Below are positions 19,517-29,350 of a DNA stretch of 64,000 nt, piece after piece. Below the pieces are notes generated by a model that was given only the letters and a program-made list of their open reading frames with translations, did not search any database and was not told the DNA's origin. Source of the stretch: a phage; the NCBI GenBank assembly GCA_030980935.1, contig GCA_030980935.1_3059.1. The stretch is one strand, 5' to 3'. Position 1 is the first letter of the stretch. Every line of letters starts with the position of its first letter. Made by a program: the position numbers and the translations under genes.

Positions 19517-21337
19517 TTACTGGCTCATCCATTCTTTACGAAGGTCAGCATTATCTCCCATGAGCATTTCAAAAAGCTCTTTCCAGTTCTCAGGAAGTTT
19601 AACAACATCATATACTGGATTTTGAATCATCTCACGATATTCAGATTTTTCCAAAGAGCCAAGTCCTTTAATATAACGGATGCTATGTTTAGGTAGAGCA
19701 TCTTTGGCACTCTCATATTCAGCGACTGTATAAAACCATTCTTGTTTTTTACCGACCTGAGCGATGATTACAGGAGTTTTGACAAAGCGAATTCGTCCTT
19801 GCTCAAACAGTTCTGGCCAATTACTAAAAAATCCGAGCAGAGAAGGATAAATGCTTCCTAGACCATCATGGTCAGCATCAGTCATAATAGCAATATTATG
19901 ATAATTCAAGTTTTCAGCTTTTTCACCGAGAACTAATCCAGTGATTGCGCAAATATCAAATAGTTCTTTGTTTTTAAGCATATCTGCATAAGACATACCC
20001 CAACTGTTGAGAACTTTACCACGCAATGGATAACCACCATGAAGTTCTTTATCACGAACATCAATAAGATATCCGATAGCAGAATCACCCTCAGTCAAGA
20101 AAAGAGTAGTATCAGCATCTTTACCACAAAGATTCGCTTTAATATGTTTATGAACCTTAGCTTTAGAAGCCTTTTTAGCTGCTTTAGTTTCTGCTGCTTT
20201 TTCTGCCGCTAATTTACGAGCCAAGGCAGCTTCAATAATTGGCATTAAAATTGCTTCATTGTTTAAAATAGCGCGTGAAATCTTTTTAGCATCAAGTTGA
20301 ATATGACTACGAATTTCACCAAATGGAGAAGTCAAACGCTCTTTAGTTTGAGAATCAAATCGCATGTTTTTCATATCACGAACAAACATAACGATAGTCA
20401 AACATTCTTTAACACGTGCTTTAGTTACATCAATTTTGAACTTACGTTTGATTTGTGGAATAAGGTCTTCACAAATATCATCCATAACACAGTCAATGTG
20501 ATGGCCACCATTCTTAGTATGAATATTATTGACGTACGTCAACTGACGAAAACCATCCGGTGAACGACCAACCGCAATAGAACAATTTTCTTGTTCTTGA
20601 ACGATAGCATGTTCATCATACTGTCGTGCGTATTTCTTAAAATTGCCCTGAACCTTTTTACCATTAAAGGTAAATTGAATATCAGGATAAACAACAGCAA
20701 GTGTCTGGAGACGATCTAGTGTAATGTCAAGATAAACTTGGGACAGCTCATTAGTTTCAAATGACATAAAATCTGGAATGAAAGTAACACGAGTTCCTTT
20801 CCATTTTCCAGGAATAGTTTCCCAGGATTTATTTTCCATGCCATTTGAACAACGAACTACAATATTATTTTGACCATCGCCAGTTTCACCGACAAACATC
20901 ACAGAAAAAATGTTAGTTAAACTAGAACCAACACCATTCATACCACCGGTGACACGTTCTTTATCATCACCAAAGTTACCACCCGCTTTTGGAATAGTCC
21001 AAGCAGCAACTGGACCAGGAATTTCTTCACCGGTAGGTGTTTTAACCATCGCTTGTGGAATACCGCGACCGTTATCTTCAACTGTTACCTGATTATTTTT
21101 AATGGTAACATTAATTTTATTCGCGAATTTAAACTTAGTACGAATACCTTCATCGACTGAGTTATCGATAATTTCATCAATAAGCTTAACAAGACCAGGT
21201 ACATACTGAACACTTTCCCATTTACCAAACAGAAAGCGCTCATGCATTTCATTAGCAGAAGAGCCAATGTACATGCCACTACGCTTTTTGATATGTTCAA
21301 TATCGCTCAGAATTTTAATTTCATTCTTAATCATCAC
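19517..21337 (-). CDS. 39: DNA topoisomerase II large subunit gp39, unsplit form (gene 39 plus gene 60 equivalent)
   Basis: 606 aa with GyrB-like ATPase N-terminus and Toprim C-terminus in one ORF; likely start is second Met (21334). Confidence 0.9.
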   Translation of the reverse strand: MMIKNEIKILSDIEHIKKRSGMYIGSSANEMHERFLFGKWESVQYVPGLVKLIDEIIDNSVDEGIRTKFKFANKINVTIKNNQVTVEDNGRGIPQAMVKTPTGEEIPGPVAAWTIPKAGGNFGDDKERVTGGMNGVGSSLTNIFSVMFVGETGDGQNNIVVRCSNGMENKSWETIPGKWKGTRVTFIPDFMSFETNELSQVYLDITLDRLQTLAVVYPDIQFTFNGKKVQGNFKKYARQYDEHAIVQEQENCSIAVGRSPDGFRQLTYVNNIHTKNGGHHIDCVMDDICEDLIPQIKRKFKIDVTKARVKECLTIVMFVRDMKNMRFDSQTKERLTSPFGEIRSHIQLDAKKISRAILNNEAILMPIIEAALARKLAAEKAAETKAAKKASKAKVHKHIKANLCGKDADTTLFLTEGDSAIGYLIDVRDKELHGGYPLRGKVLNSWGMSYADMLKNKELFDICAITGLVLGEKAENLNYHNIAIMTDADHDGLGSIYPSLLGFFSNWPELFEQGRIRFVKTPVIIAQVGKKQEWFYTVAEYESAKDALPKHSIRYIKGLGSLEKSEYREMIQNPVYDVVKLPENWKELFEMLMGDNADLRKEWMSQ

Positions 21338-21387
21338 TTATCCTCGTTTGGTTTCGGGAATATTATACTCCGGTAATCATAAAGCTA

Positions 21388-21403
21388 AAGGCCCGAAGGC
21401 CTT
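21388..21403 (-). other. UUCG-tetraloop hairpin
   Basis: AAGGCC-CGAA-GGCCTT followed by T-run. Confidence 0.5.
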
Positions 21404-21676
21404 TTATTTAAAACGAATAGTTGAATCCTTAAAGAACAGCCCAGAACATACTGTTCCTTCTACTTTCTGCCCGGTAGGTCCAATAGCACGAAATCCAGTA
21501 TGCTGGAAATCATTTTCAGAGCAACCGAACCAATTATATCCAGTGATTTCAATATTAGTAAAACCACTTGAAGACAAAACTTTGGTTGCATTATCAGCAT
21601 CAGTACATCCTACTAAAGATACTGCTAATACTAATGCCGCGATAGAACGATTAACATATTTCATAATTTCACTCAA
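21404..21676 (-). CDS. Putative lipoprotein
   Basis: Signal peptide with lipobox LVGC; about 60-aa mature part with 3 Cys. Confidence 0.5.
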   Translation of the reverse strand: MSEIMKYVNRSIAALVLAVSLVGCTDADNATKVLSSSGFTNIEITGYNWFGCSENDFQHTGFRAIGPTGQKVEGTVCSGLFFKDSTIRFK

Positions 21677-22040
21677 ATTTAATGGCTTGAAGGAGACTAA
21701 TAATTCTCAAGCGACTTCTTTCATCTTTAACTGTAAAAGAAAGAGGGTCACCAGATTTCATAGTGATAGTGCATTCAAAATCAAAATCTTCTGTGACTTC
21801 TTCAAAGAAGTCAAATTCTTCATCATAAATTAGAACATTACTCTGAAAACTGTGAAGAATTTTTCCATCATTTCCGGATGCTGTACTAATCATTGTAACA
21901 TTATGACCTTTCATATCTTCAACGATAAATTCGCTTGTAGATATTACAGCATTAATAGAACCATTCCTATAAATAGCAGACATTAGATATTTCTTTTCTT
22001 CGCCTTTGCGAATACGATACTTCTTACCGATTTTAAACAT
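21669..22040 (-). CDS. Hypothetical protein
   Basis: 123 aa ORF, acidic C-terminal half. Confidence 0.5.
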   Translation of the reverse strand: MFKIGKKYRIRKGEEKKYLMSAIYRNGSINAVISTSEFIVEDMKGHNVTMISTASGNDGKILHSFQSNVLIYDEEFDFFEEVTEDFDFECTITMKSGDPLSFTVKDERSRLRIISLLQAIKFE

Positions 22041-22042
22041 AA

Positions 22043-22219
22043 TTATCCTTTAAGTAAGTCGTAAAATCCGCCATTCACATGCTTAGGAGCAGAAGGCCGA
22101 CGAGTAGACAAACGATGACATTTAGGGCAAACATCATTTTCTCGTTCAGAAATCTTTTTAATTTTTTCATATTCATGCCCGCAGTCTTCAGATTGGCATT
22201 TATAATCATACATTGGCAT
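22043..22219 (-). CDS. FmdB-type zinc-ribbon protein (58 aa)
   Basis: MPMYDYKCQSEDCGHEYEK...CPKCH, CxxC...CxxC signature; below track cutoff. Confidence 0.5.
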   Translation of the reverse strand: MPMYDYKCQSEDCGHEYEKIKKISERENDVCPKCHRLSTRRPSAPKHVNGGFYDLLKG

Positions 22220-22221
22220 AA

Positions 22222-22647
22222 TTATTCCTTAAAATGAGCTTTCAGCATCTGATACAAAGACCATGCCTGTTCATTATTTTCAATAGTAACTTTCATGACC
22301 GGGAATTCTGTGAAATCTTCTATTTGTTCTTGCTCTTTCTCTTCCTGCTCTTGCTCTTCAACTGCCTGATATGGATTTTCCACTTCATCAAAGAACCCAG
22401 CTTCGTTAGTAGAAAGCCAAATAAAGTTTTCGTCAAGGATATCACCATGTGTTGCATATCCAACTGTGCCAGTAGATGTCACAATTTTAGTAGGACGACC
22501 AAGATGGTCAACATCTAAAATTTTAAAAGGATGCATACCTAAACGGCGTGCATAGATTCCGTTATCAGTATGATCTTTAATAAAATTTTCTTGAGCTTGT
22601 TTATTTTTAAATTGATACCATTTATTAACTTCAAATCTAATAGCCAT
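22222..22647 (-). CDS. Hypothetical protein, goF-like by size and position
   Basis: 141 aa (T4 GoF is 141 aa as recalled); acidic [12 protein letters not shown] tract. Confidence 0.5.
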   Translation of the reverse strand: MAIRFEVNKWYQFKNKQAQENFIKDHTDNGIYARRLGMHPFKILDVDHLGRPTKIVTSTGTVGYATHGDILDENFIWLSTNEAGFFDEVENPYQAVEEQEQEEKEQEQIEDFTEFPVMKVTIENNEQAWSLYQMLKAHFKE

Positions 22648-22862
22648 TAATAAATTTCCTTCCAGTAAGTTGTACCGTCTTCAGTGATTTCACGGAATAC
22701 ACCATAAATCGGTTGTTTATCACCAACCTTTTCATACACATAAACCGAAGTCAAGTGAGTAAACTTGATGGTGTGTTCCTTTTGAACTACTACCAAATCT
22801 GGATCGAATAATACATCTTCAAATTCGTCATTAGTGCAATTCTGAACAATTTTACGTTTCAT
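22647..22862 (-). CDS. Hypothetical protein, cef-like by size and position
   Basis: 71 aa ORF upstream of the motB cluster. Confidence 0.45.
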   Translation of the reverse strand: MKRKIVQNCTNDEFEDVLFDPDLVVVQKEHTIKFTHLTSVYVYEKVGDKQPIYGVFREITEDGTTYWKEIY

Positions 22863-22875
22863 TACAATTTCCTCA

Positions 22876-23145
22876 TTAATTAAACATTGGAGCGATACGT
22901 TTCAGAAGAGTAGCAGCACCTTTAGCGAATTTTACATCATGAAAAACAGTTTCTTCTTCTGTAACAACTCGAACTTTAATATTTTCACAATCCCAATTTT
23001 TACGAACAATCTTCAAAAGCTGCAGTAAATCTTTACATTCAGCAATATCGATAACACATCCACGAGAATCTTCCATTATCGCACGATAACCGTAAGCCAT
23101 ACCATAATCGTTAAAAGATTGCTCGATGATAATTAAGTTTTCCAT
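22876..23145 (-). CDS. Hypothetical protein (89 aa)
   Basis: Track start MENKM is a TTG artefact; true ATG in GGAGAATAAAATG downstream of promoter cassette. Confidence 0.5.
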   Translation of the reverse strand: MENLIIIEQSFNDYGMAYGYRAIMEDSRGCVIDIAECKDLLQLLKIVRKNWDCENIKVRVVTEEETVFHDVKFAKGAATLLKRIAPMFN

Positions 23146-23240
23146 TTTATTCTCCAAGTTGTTTTCTGTATCAGTAGTTGATATTGATATAGTACCATAA
23201 TCAACTACTGATGTATATAGTTTTATGAAAAAAATTTAAA
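23146..23240 (-). promoter_or_regulatory. Early promoter cassette (PeSL-like)
   Basis: Repeat copy; ends in GGAGAATAAAATG. Confidence 0.5.
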
Positions 23241-23242
23241 CT

Positions 23243-23734
23243 TTATGCATAGCGAGCTTTGCTGTAGTGTTTAATCCAACTTTCAGGAATGACTTTGTAT
23301 GTTCCTAAAAATACCGTGTTGTACAGCTTAACACCGTCTTCTACCCACTGATCGGTAATGTATGCGCACATAGCACGAGTACGGTTAACAACCCCTTCCT
23401 CACCTTCAGTAAATTCAAACTCATAAGGAGCAACGAACTTAATAGCTTGACCGAGTTTCCACTTAAAGTCTACGCCTACATGCGAAGTATCAATCGTTTC
23501 AATTCCTTTAGCAGGAACAGCTTTTAAAAACGCAGACTCAAGAAATTTCGCACGAACATAGCCAAACTGGGGTTTAGACTTTCCATCTTTAGGAATGATA
23601 CGCACTTTTACTTCAGAATCTTCATCTTTAACACCGTGTTTAAGCTGAATGCTTACAACTTCAACCAATTTTCCTGCTGCTTTAGAACGGGATTTATCAG
23701 ATACACGAGCTAATTCACCAATATTAATAATCAT
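23243..23734 (-). CDS. motB: MotB-like protein
   Basis: 163 aa (T4 MotB about 162), position before dexA. Confidence 0.55.
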   Translation of the reverse strand: MIINIGELARVSDKSRSKAAGKLVEVVSIQLKHGVKDEDSEVKVRIIPKDGKSKPQFGYVRAKFLESAFLKAVPAKGIETIDTSHVGVDFKWKLGQAIKFVAPYEFEFTEGEEGVVNRTRAMCAYITDQWVEDGVKLYNTVFLGTYKVIPESWIKHYSKARYA

Positions 23735-23807
23735 AGTTATCTCTCACTTGTTAAAAAGATTTTATACTCCACGGGACCATTATACTCTGGTCCCAAGAGT
23801 TTGTAAA

Positions 23808-24245
23808 CTAGCTTACACGAACATTAATCACTGCGCTGCGAGGAACTACAGAGTACTCTCCAGCATGAACTACGTTCAGAAGTTCAACACCATCTTCAAT
23901 CCACTGATCAGTCACCCATCCACCCACAGGATTCGCGAATGGACGACGAATATAAACTGCCTTACACAGTAGATCAGTTGGATCTTCAGGTTTTTCAATT
24001 TCTGTCAATAGACTAAAATCTTTTTCATAAATAATAAGCGATGACACCATTCCATAATAGTTTCTAATTTCAATATACATCATGCCGATAAGAATTCCGC
24101 TATTAACACTAATAACAGTAAAAGGATATCCGCCAGTTAAAGCAAGAAGTTCACAAAACTTATTATGAGATGTATTAGACAGTACCGGAAAATTCTTAAT
24201 TTCATCAAATTTTTTCAATTGATAAACAGCATTATTTTTAATCAT
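23808..24245 (-). CDS. MotB paralogue (motB.1-like)
   Basis: C-terminus TDQWIEDGVELLNVVHAGEYSVVPRS parallels MotB ITDQWVEDGVKLYNTVFLGTYKVIPES. Confidence 0.5.
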   Translation of the reverse strand: MIKNNAVYQLKKFDEIKNFPVLSNTSHNKFCELLALTGGYPFTVISVNSGILIGMMYIEIRNYYGMVSSLIIYEKDFSLLTEIEKPEDPTDLLCKAVYIRRPFANPVGGWVTDQWIEDGVELLNVVHAGEYSVVPRSAVINVRVS

Positions 24246-24255
24246 AATTTTCTCT

Positions 24256-24768
24256 TTAATCTAAGGTAATAAAGCCTTTTAATTCGGCATGCGATTTGCG
24301 GAACATTACTTGATGTCCGCCAATGATAACTTGGTCATCTGGCACTTCATAAATCGCAATGTACATTCCACGTTCTTTTAAGTCTTCACGCTCTTCTCGA
24401 GTGAACCATCTCATCATATCATATTCACTAGCGAAAGCAAAATGATATAATGCAATAAACCACAATGGAATATAATTTTCAATTCGTGAATAATCTTTAT
24501 TCCATTTAGTTTTAATAACATCATTAGCATTTTCAACTAATAACTTATCATCGTGTGGAATAGGAATACTTTCATGGCTTTCATAATTATCGCTATGATG
24601 ATGAAATGACGATGAATTAATACCGCAAAATTTTAGCCAAGTTCGAGTTTTCATAGAATCAAATCCACGATAAGGAGTTGATTGAACGCATAACTCTTGC
24701 CTAATTTTGACTATACCACTATCATCATTTAATGCGCTAAACGATGATTCAACACGATAAATTTTCAT
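24256..24768 (-). CDS. Hypothetical protein (motB.2-like)
   Basis: Track ORF 24256-24807 trimmed to MKIYRVESS with SD GAGGA; the longer version runs through the promoter -10. Confidence 0.5.
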   Translation of the reverse strand: MKIYRVESSFSALNDDSGIVKIRQELCVQSTPYRGFDSMKTRTWLKFCGINSSSFHHHSDNYESHESIPIPHDDKLLVENANDVIKTKWNKDYSRIENYIPLWFIALYHFAFASEYDMMRWFTREEREDLKERGMYIAIYEVPDDQVIIGGHQVMFRKSHAELKGFITLD

Positions 24769-24831
24769 TTTATTATCCTCAGTAGCTATGGTGTTATAAT
24801 ACCACAACTAACCGAGGAAGTAAACAACTTT

Positions 24832-25515
24832 TTATCGTTTTGTTGGAAGAGACAGAGGATCGCAATCTTCCTCTGACGGAGCATCTTCAAGACCCATAGC
24901 GTATCGCAAAGCATACTTCATCATCAGGATGTCTTTCGCACAGTCATGAATAGAATCATGTGCAACGAATCCATCTAAAGTTCCCTTTGGAAGAGGACAC
25001 GTGGTCATATCACGAACAAGCAGAAGTGCTTCAATTCTGGTACGAATATCACGCTGATTCCAGAATTTACATGGTTCTAACTTAAATGTATCAAGCTCAT
25101 TCTCGGAAACGCCATTAAGACGTTGAATATCGCGAATGAGATCGACTAAAATTGGAAAATCAAACGACATTCCACGGCACCAGCCTTGAGATTTCCAAGG
25201 ATCGATATTATGTGCATTGATGTAATCGTTGAATTTTGCAATACCATCAATGGTGCTTACATCTTCATCGGATGGTGCAATATTTTTTCGAGCTTCAGGA
25301 GACTGATTTTTCCACCATTCGATAGTGCTTTTAGTAAAAAGACGATGTCCTTTTTGGCTTTTTAAATCAAATTTGATTTTAATGCCACGTGAAACTAGTT
25401 CATCGAATGATTCAACTACTTCTGGGTTAGGGTCAAAAGCAATTACAGCCAAATCAATAACAGCTGCTTTTTCACCACTTCCCATTGTTTCAAAATCTAT
25501 AATAAAATCAAACAT
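24832..25515 (-). CDS. dexA: Exonuclease A DexA
   Basis: 227 aa as T4 DexA; DEDDh-type 3-prime to 5-prime exonuclease motifs (DFETMG...H..D). Confidence 0.85.
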   Translation of the reverse strand: MFDFIIDFETMGSGEKAAVIDLAVIAFDPNPEVVESFDELVSRGIKIKFDLKSQKGHRLFTKSTIEWWKNQSPEARKNIAPSDEDVSTIDGIAKFNDYINAHNIDPWKSQGWCRGMSFDFPILVDLIRDIQRLNGVSENELDTFKLEPCKFWNQRDIRTRIEALLLVRDMTTCPLPKGTLDGFVAHDSIHDCAKDILMMKYALRYAMGLEDAPSEEDCDPLSLPTKR

Positions 25516-25790
25516 TAAACTTTCCTCGCTAAATCGCGAATTTGGCCTACAGTATAGTCTTGAATATAAACTTTATTAATAGGCTCATCAATAAATTTTG
25601 CCATAGATTCAATGTCTTTTTGTATCTCTTCAAGACTGTATACTATCTTTGAAGCTTTTTCGCGAATAGTAACATTATCAGGTCCTGGATTTTCTTGAAT
25701 GACAGCTTTAACATTTGTCATAAGAGATTTAAACTGATGCAAACTTAATTCAATCATTAATAACCGCCTTATAAAGATGGCTAATTTCAC
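25515..25790 (-). CDS. Hypothetical protein (dexA.1-like)
   Basis: 91 aa ORF. Confidence 0.45.
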   Translation of the reverse strand: MKLAIFIRRLLMIELSLHQFKSLMTNVKAVIQENPGPDNVTIREKASKIVYSLEEIQKDIESMAKFIDEPINKVYIQDYTVGQIRDLARKV

Positions 25791-26010
25791 CTAAAACATA
25801 ATCACTGATTGTGACAGTTTTCACTTCACCACAAAAGAATTCTAACGCAATCAAATCTCGTTCAATTTCTTCTAATTGAAGCATTAACTTGCCAGATTCA
25901 ATTTTTACATTTCTACGATTTTTACTATAAGCTATTTCATAAATTTCGCTCACTTTATCTTGAAGCAGATAAAACTGGTCTTTAGTTATTTCCACGAATA
26001 GCTTCCTCAA
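25750..26010 (-). CDS. Hypothetical protein (dexA.2-like)
   Basis: 86 aa ORF; start may be internal. Confidence 0.45.
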   Translation of the reverse strand: MRKLFVEITKDQFYLLQDKVSEIYEIAYSKNRRNVKIESGKLMLQLEEIERDLIALEFFCGEVKTVTISDYVLGEISHLYKAVIND

Positions 26011-26242
26011 ATTTAATTAGTAATTTACAGACACTTTCATCTAGTGTAATTACCGTATCTGTATTACTGTGATATGATTGTTTTTCAATTCGTTTAATTG
26101 CTAATATAGTATCACTTATAAGATAAAGCTTATGAAGGAGCTCAGCTCCTGTTACCATAACATCGAGATTATCTTGCTTATTAGTATGCTTCCTTATACC
26201 ATCTATTAGACGATTTAAATATTTTGAATTGATGTTAATCAT
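25982..26242 (-). CDS. Hypothetical protein
   Basis: 86 aa ORF immediately downstream of dda. Confidence 0.45.
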   Translation of the reverse strand: MININSKYLNRLIDGIRKHTNKQDNLDVMVTGAELLHKLYLISDTILAIKRIEKQSYHSNTDTVITLDESVCKLLIKFEEAIRGNN

Positions 26243-26248
26243 ATAGCC

Positions 26249-27568
26249 TCACACATAAAACACATCATAACGACCACGGGTAACACCAACATAAAGAAGT
26301 TGTTGAGCCAATTCAGCATCTGCATAATGAATACAAGGCGTATAAATGAAAGCACGGTCTACAGACATACCCTGAGCTTTATGGAATGTTGATGCAGGAA
26401 GTGCTTTCACTTTACTAAACTGTGATTTAGCATCCCAAAAATCACTCCACGGAGCTTTTCCGCCTTTGTTCCAATTTTTATAAGTTTCTGCAGTTTTACC
26501 TAAAAATAGGTTAAACTTATATAGCTCTTCATCAGATGAAATTATTTTAATCTTTTCACGATAATATTCATCATCGCCGTAAGTTTCTACTGTTAAATCC
26601 CAATGACGAATTAAGTATTCTCCAGGAACACCACGGGCTTTAACAAACGTTGATGTATACTCTGCTTCTATAATACGAACTAATTGTCCGTTATTAAAAA
26701 TAATTTCTGACACAGGCTTTCCATCAATTTTATATGTTTTAATTAATGGTTCCTGCATTACAATAATTTCACCAACAATAAAATCTTTATCAGTTTCAAA
26801 AATCTTTTTACGAATAATGCTATTTAACTTGTCAACAGATTTATTCGTAAATGCCATTACGCGATTTTCAAACAAATCATCTAATGATTTTACGATTGAA
26901 AAATAATTTACCATAAAATCGCGTAAAGCGGTATCACCAGTAAATCCACGTACTCCATGCCCGTCAACAACTTTATCATAAATCCACTTACCGTTGCGAA
27001 CATCAGTAGCTACATCAATAATAGGAGCATTACTACGTTTAACTTCAGTGAGTTCACACTGATAAAAATCTTTGTGTGTAAAGAATGGACTGATATAAGC
27101 AGTATTTTCTCCTGGATCAACAGGTCTAATTTGCTTATTATCACCTATTCCAATTATAGTACACCAAGGTGGAATAGTTGAAAGCAGAATTTTAAATAGC
27201 TTTCTATCATACATTGACACTTCGTCGCAGATTAATACCCTGCATTTAGCTAAATCTGGTACTTCTTTTTGTTCAAAAAGAACGTTTTCTTCATACGTAA
27301 CTGGGTTAATTTTAAGAATACTGTGAATAGTACTCGCTTCTTTCCCCGACAGTTTTGAAAGAATCTTTTTAGCTGCATGTGTAGGAGCTGCCAAAATGAT
27401 ACCAGTTTCGCCTGTTGATATTAAAGCTTCAATGATGAACTTAGTAAGAGTAGTCTTACCAGTACCAGCAGGTCCATTAATAGTTACATGATGTTTCTTT
27501 TCTTTAATAGCCCTCATAACGATGTTAAAGGCATTTTTCTGGCCTTCTGTCAAATCATCAAATGTCAT
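26249..27568 (-). CDS. dda: DNA helicase Dda (SF1)
   Basis: 439 aa as T4 Dda; Walker A GPAGTGKT. Confidence 0.9.
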   Translation of the reverse strand: MTFDDLTEGQKNAFNIVMRAIKEKKHHVTINGPAGTGKTTLTKFIIEALISTGETGIILAAPTHAAKKILSKLSGKEASTIHSILKINPVTYEENVLFEQKEVPDLAKCRVLICDEVSMYDRKLFKILLSTIPPWCTIIGIGDNKQIRPVDPGENTAYISPFFTHKDFYQCELTEVKRSNAPIIDVATDVRNGKWIYDKVVDGHGVRGFTGDTALRDFMVNYFSIVKSLDDLFENRVMAFTNKSVDKLNSIIRKKIFETDKDFIVGEIIVMQEPLIKTYKIDGKPVSEIIFNNGQLVRIIEAEYTSTFVKARGVPGEYLIRHWDLTVETYGDDEYYREKIKIISSDEELYKFNLFLGKTAETYKNWNKGGKAPWSDFWDAKSQFSKVKALPASTFHKAQGMSVDRAFIYTPCIHYADAELAQQLLYVGVTRGRYDVFYV

Positions 27569-27876
27569 CGGAAAGTCCCTGCAATTGGAATACTAACAAT
27601 ACGCCCAGTATCTAGAATTCGTTGATATAATCTTTGTGTATCTACATCAGGCTTAACATGTTTAACTTCTATTTTATTAAACCAAAACTTGCGTGGAGTC
27701 TCAACTAGTCTTGGAATTCCCATACCTAAAGCTAGTTTATATTGGTCTTTGAGAGTAGTAAAAACTCTATCAGCAATCTCTCTTTCAAAAAACACAGCAG
27801 GACGATGTTCATCAAGCGGAACTGGCGCCGTAAATCCGTCTTTGTCTCGGTAAACTATCGCATATACATAAACCAT
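27565..27876 (-). CDS. dda.1-like protein
   Basis: 103 aa ORF coupled to dda. Confidence 0.55.
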   Translation of the reverse strand: MVYVYAIVYRDKDGFTAPVPLDEHRPAVFFEREIADRVFTTLKDQYKLALGMGIPRLVETPRKFWFNKIEVKHVKPDVDTQRLYQRILDTGRIVSIPIAGTFR

Positions 27877-27877
27877 A

Positions 27878-28624
27878 TTATCCTCGGATAAGTTTAAAAA
27901 TTGAACAATTCAGCGGATATCCTCTTTTCAGTTTAAGTTTATCAATAAAAGACAAGTTTTGATACCGCTCTACACCTTGAATAATTTTATCACACATATC
28001 ATATTGCATTTCTGCTTCTGACAACTTTTTCACAGTTTTCCAATCCGAGCCTTTAAGAAGAACGTTCAATTTAACAACTTCAGCGCCTTCTGCTATACGA
28101 GAACCATCAATACGAGCTTTAAGTGCTATAATTCTTAGCTTAATGTCAGAGGTCTGTTTTGATTTAGAAAGCTGAGAAATGTGTTCAATTCGATTTTCAC
28201 GCTTTTTCTGTATAGCTTTAATTTGATTATAAGTCTTTTTGATTTTAGCCCATTTCTTTTCATCTAAATTTAGTTTATGAACTTTTTTCGCAGATGAACG
28301 ACCAATTCGCAAAGCAAACAAATCACGTTTTTCAATTAACTCCTCTAAAGTATAATCAGAACGAAATGTATTATACTTTTTCTTTACTGCAATAACATTC
28401 CCTTTAATGTATCCAACGTTATTATCAAAACGTTCTAATGATAATTTCTCTCCTTCAATACGATTATCAAAAGGTTCTCCCGAGTAAGCGCAAACTTTTT
28501 GGTCTAAAATGTTCTTAATGTAATTGAAGTCTAAGTTAAAATCTTTAGAACGTCTTTTTGCAGATGCCTGAGTATGCTCTAAACGACGTTTAATTTTACG
28601 AATTTGATTATTAGACAGTTTCAT
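27878..28624 (-). CDS. srd: Srd-like protein (sigma-factor decoy)
   Basis: 248 aa, position dda.1-srd-modA. Confidence 0.65.
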   Translation of the reverse strand: MKLSNNQIRKIKRRLEHTQASAKRRSKDFNLDFNYIKNILDQKVCAYSGEPFDNRIEGEKLSLERFDNNVGYIKGNVIAVKKKYNTFRSDYTLEELIEKRDLFALRIGRSSAKKVHKLNLDEKKWAKIKKTYNQIKAIQKKRENRIEHISQLSKSKQTSDIKLRIIALKARIDGSRIAEGAEVVKLNVLLKGSDWKTVKKLSEAEMQYDMCDKIIQGVERYQNLSFIDKLKLKRGYPLNCSIFKLIRG

Positions 28625-28747
28625 ATTTTTCTCACATCTTACGGACGGTTAACTACTTATACTATAACATTTTTACCTTAACTTGTAAACAACTTTATGT
28701 AAAAATGCTTTAAAAATTTCATGGTATAATGAATCTAAGTCCTTCCA

Positions 28748-29350
28748 TTATAGATTAAATCCTTCAAAATCAAGAGTATAGATAGTGTATGTTGAATACT
28801 TTTTATACTCATATCTATCTGCAATTCTAAATACACTTCCAGCTGGTATCATTACTTCTTGTTCATCTGAAACTAATTCCATATTACGATAACGATGGCT
28901 ATCCGGAAACTTAAAGTTTGGATTGTATTCTTTACAGCGTAGAGCTTTTATAGCATACTCCTGGAAATTGAATACCATAGGAGCTTTGAATTCAAAAATA
29001 ACCTGTGTGTTATACTCTAAACCGGAAGCAAAATGTAGAGCTATATTTTTATCATATGAAGCTGATACGACTTTATCAAATGTAATAATATCAATTCCTT
29101 GATTTAACACCTGCTTAGTCTCGACTGGAACACCTCTCCAAAGAGGTTTATCGTTTGGAACCAAACGAGATTTGATTATTTCATTTAACCAAGTATGGTC
29201 ATCTGGCTTATTGGTAATACAATGAATTAAAAGTTCAATTTCAGATAAATTAAACCCTTCAGAAAGCAATTCTTCACGAATAGAAGCACGCACCGATGCA
29301 TCCATTGATTTTATTTTAAAATCTTTTAGTTGCATTATTGAGTATTTCAT
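28748..29350 (-). CDS. modA: ADP-ribosyltransferase ModA
   Basis: 200 aa as T4 ModA; paralogue of adjacent modB. Confidence 0.75.
   Translation of the reverse strand: MKYSIMQLKDFKIKSMDASVRASIREELLSEGFNLSEIELLIHCITNKPDDHTWLNEIIKSRLVPNDKPLWRGVPVETKQVLNQGIDIITFDKVVSASYDKNIALHFASGLEYNTQVIFEFKAPMVFNFQEYAIKALRCKEYNPNFKFPDSHRYRNMELVSDEQEVMIPAGSVFRIADRYEYKKYSTYTIYTLDFEGFNL

Noticed and set aside
10953-27181. Plus-strand track ORFs inside minus-strand genes (e.g. 10953-11288, 12375-12611, 12660-12881, 16385-16683, 19049-19297, 20297-20563, 20910-21092, 21267-21833, 22234-22518, 23649-23972, 25325-25579, 26957-27181)
   Set aside because: All antisense to well-supported genes (motA, gp52, rIIB, rIIA, gp39, dda etc.) without RBS; typical shadow ORFs
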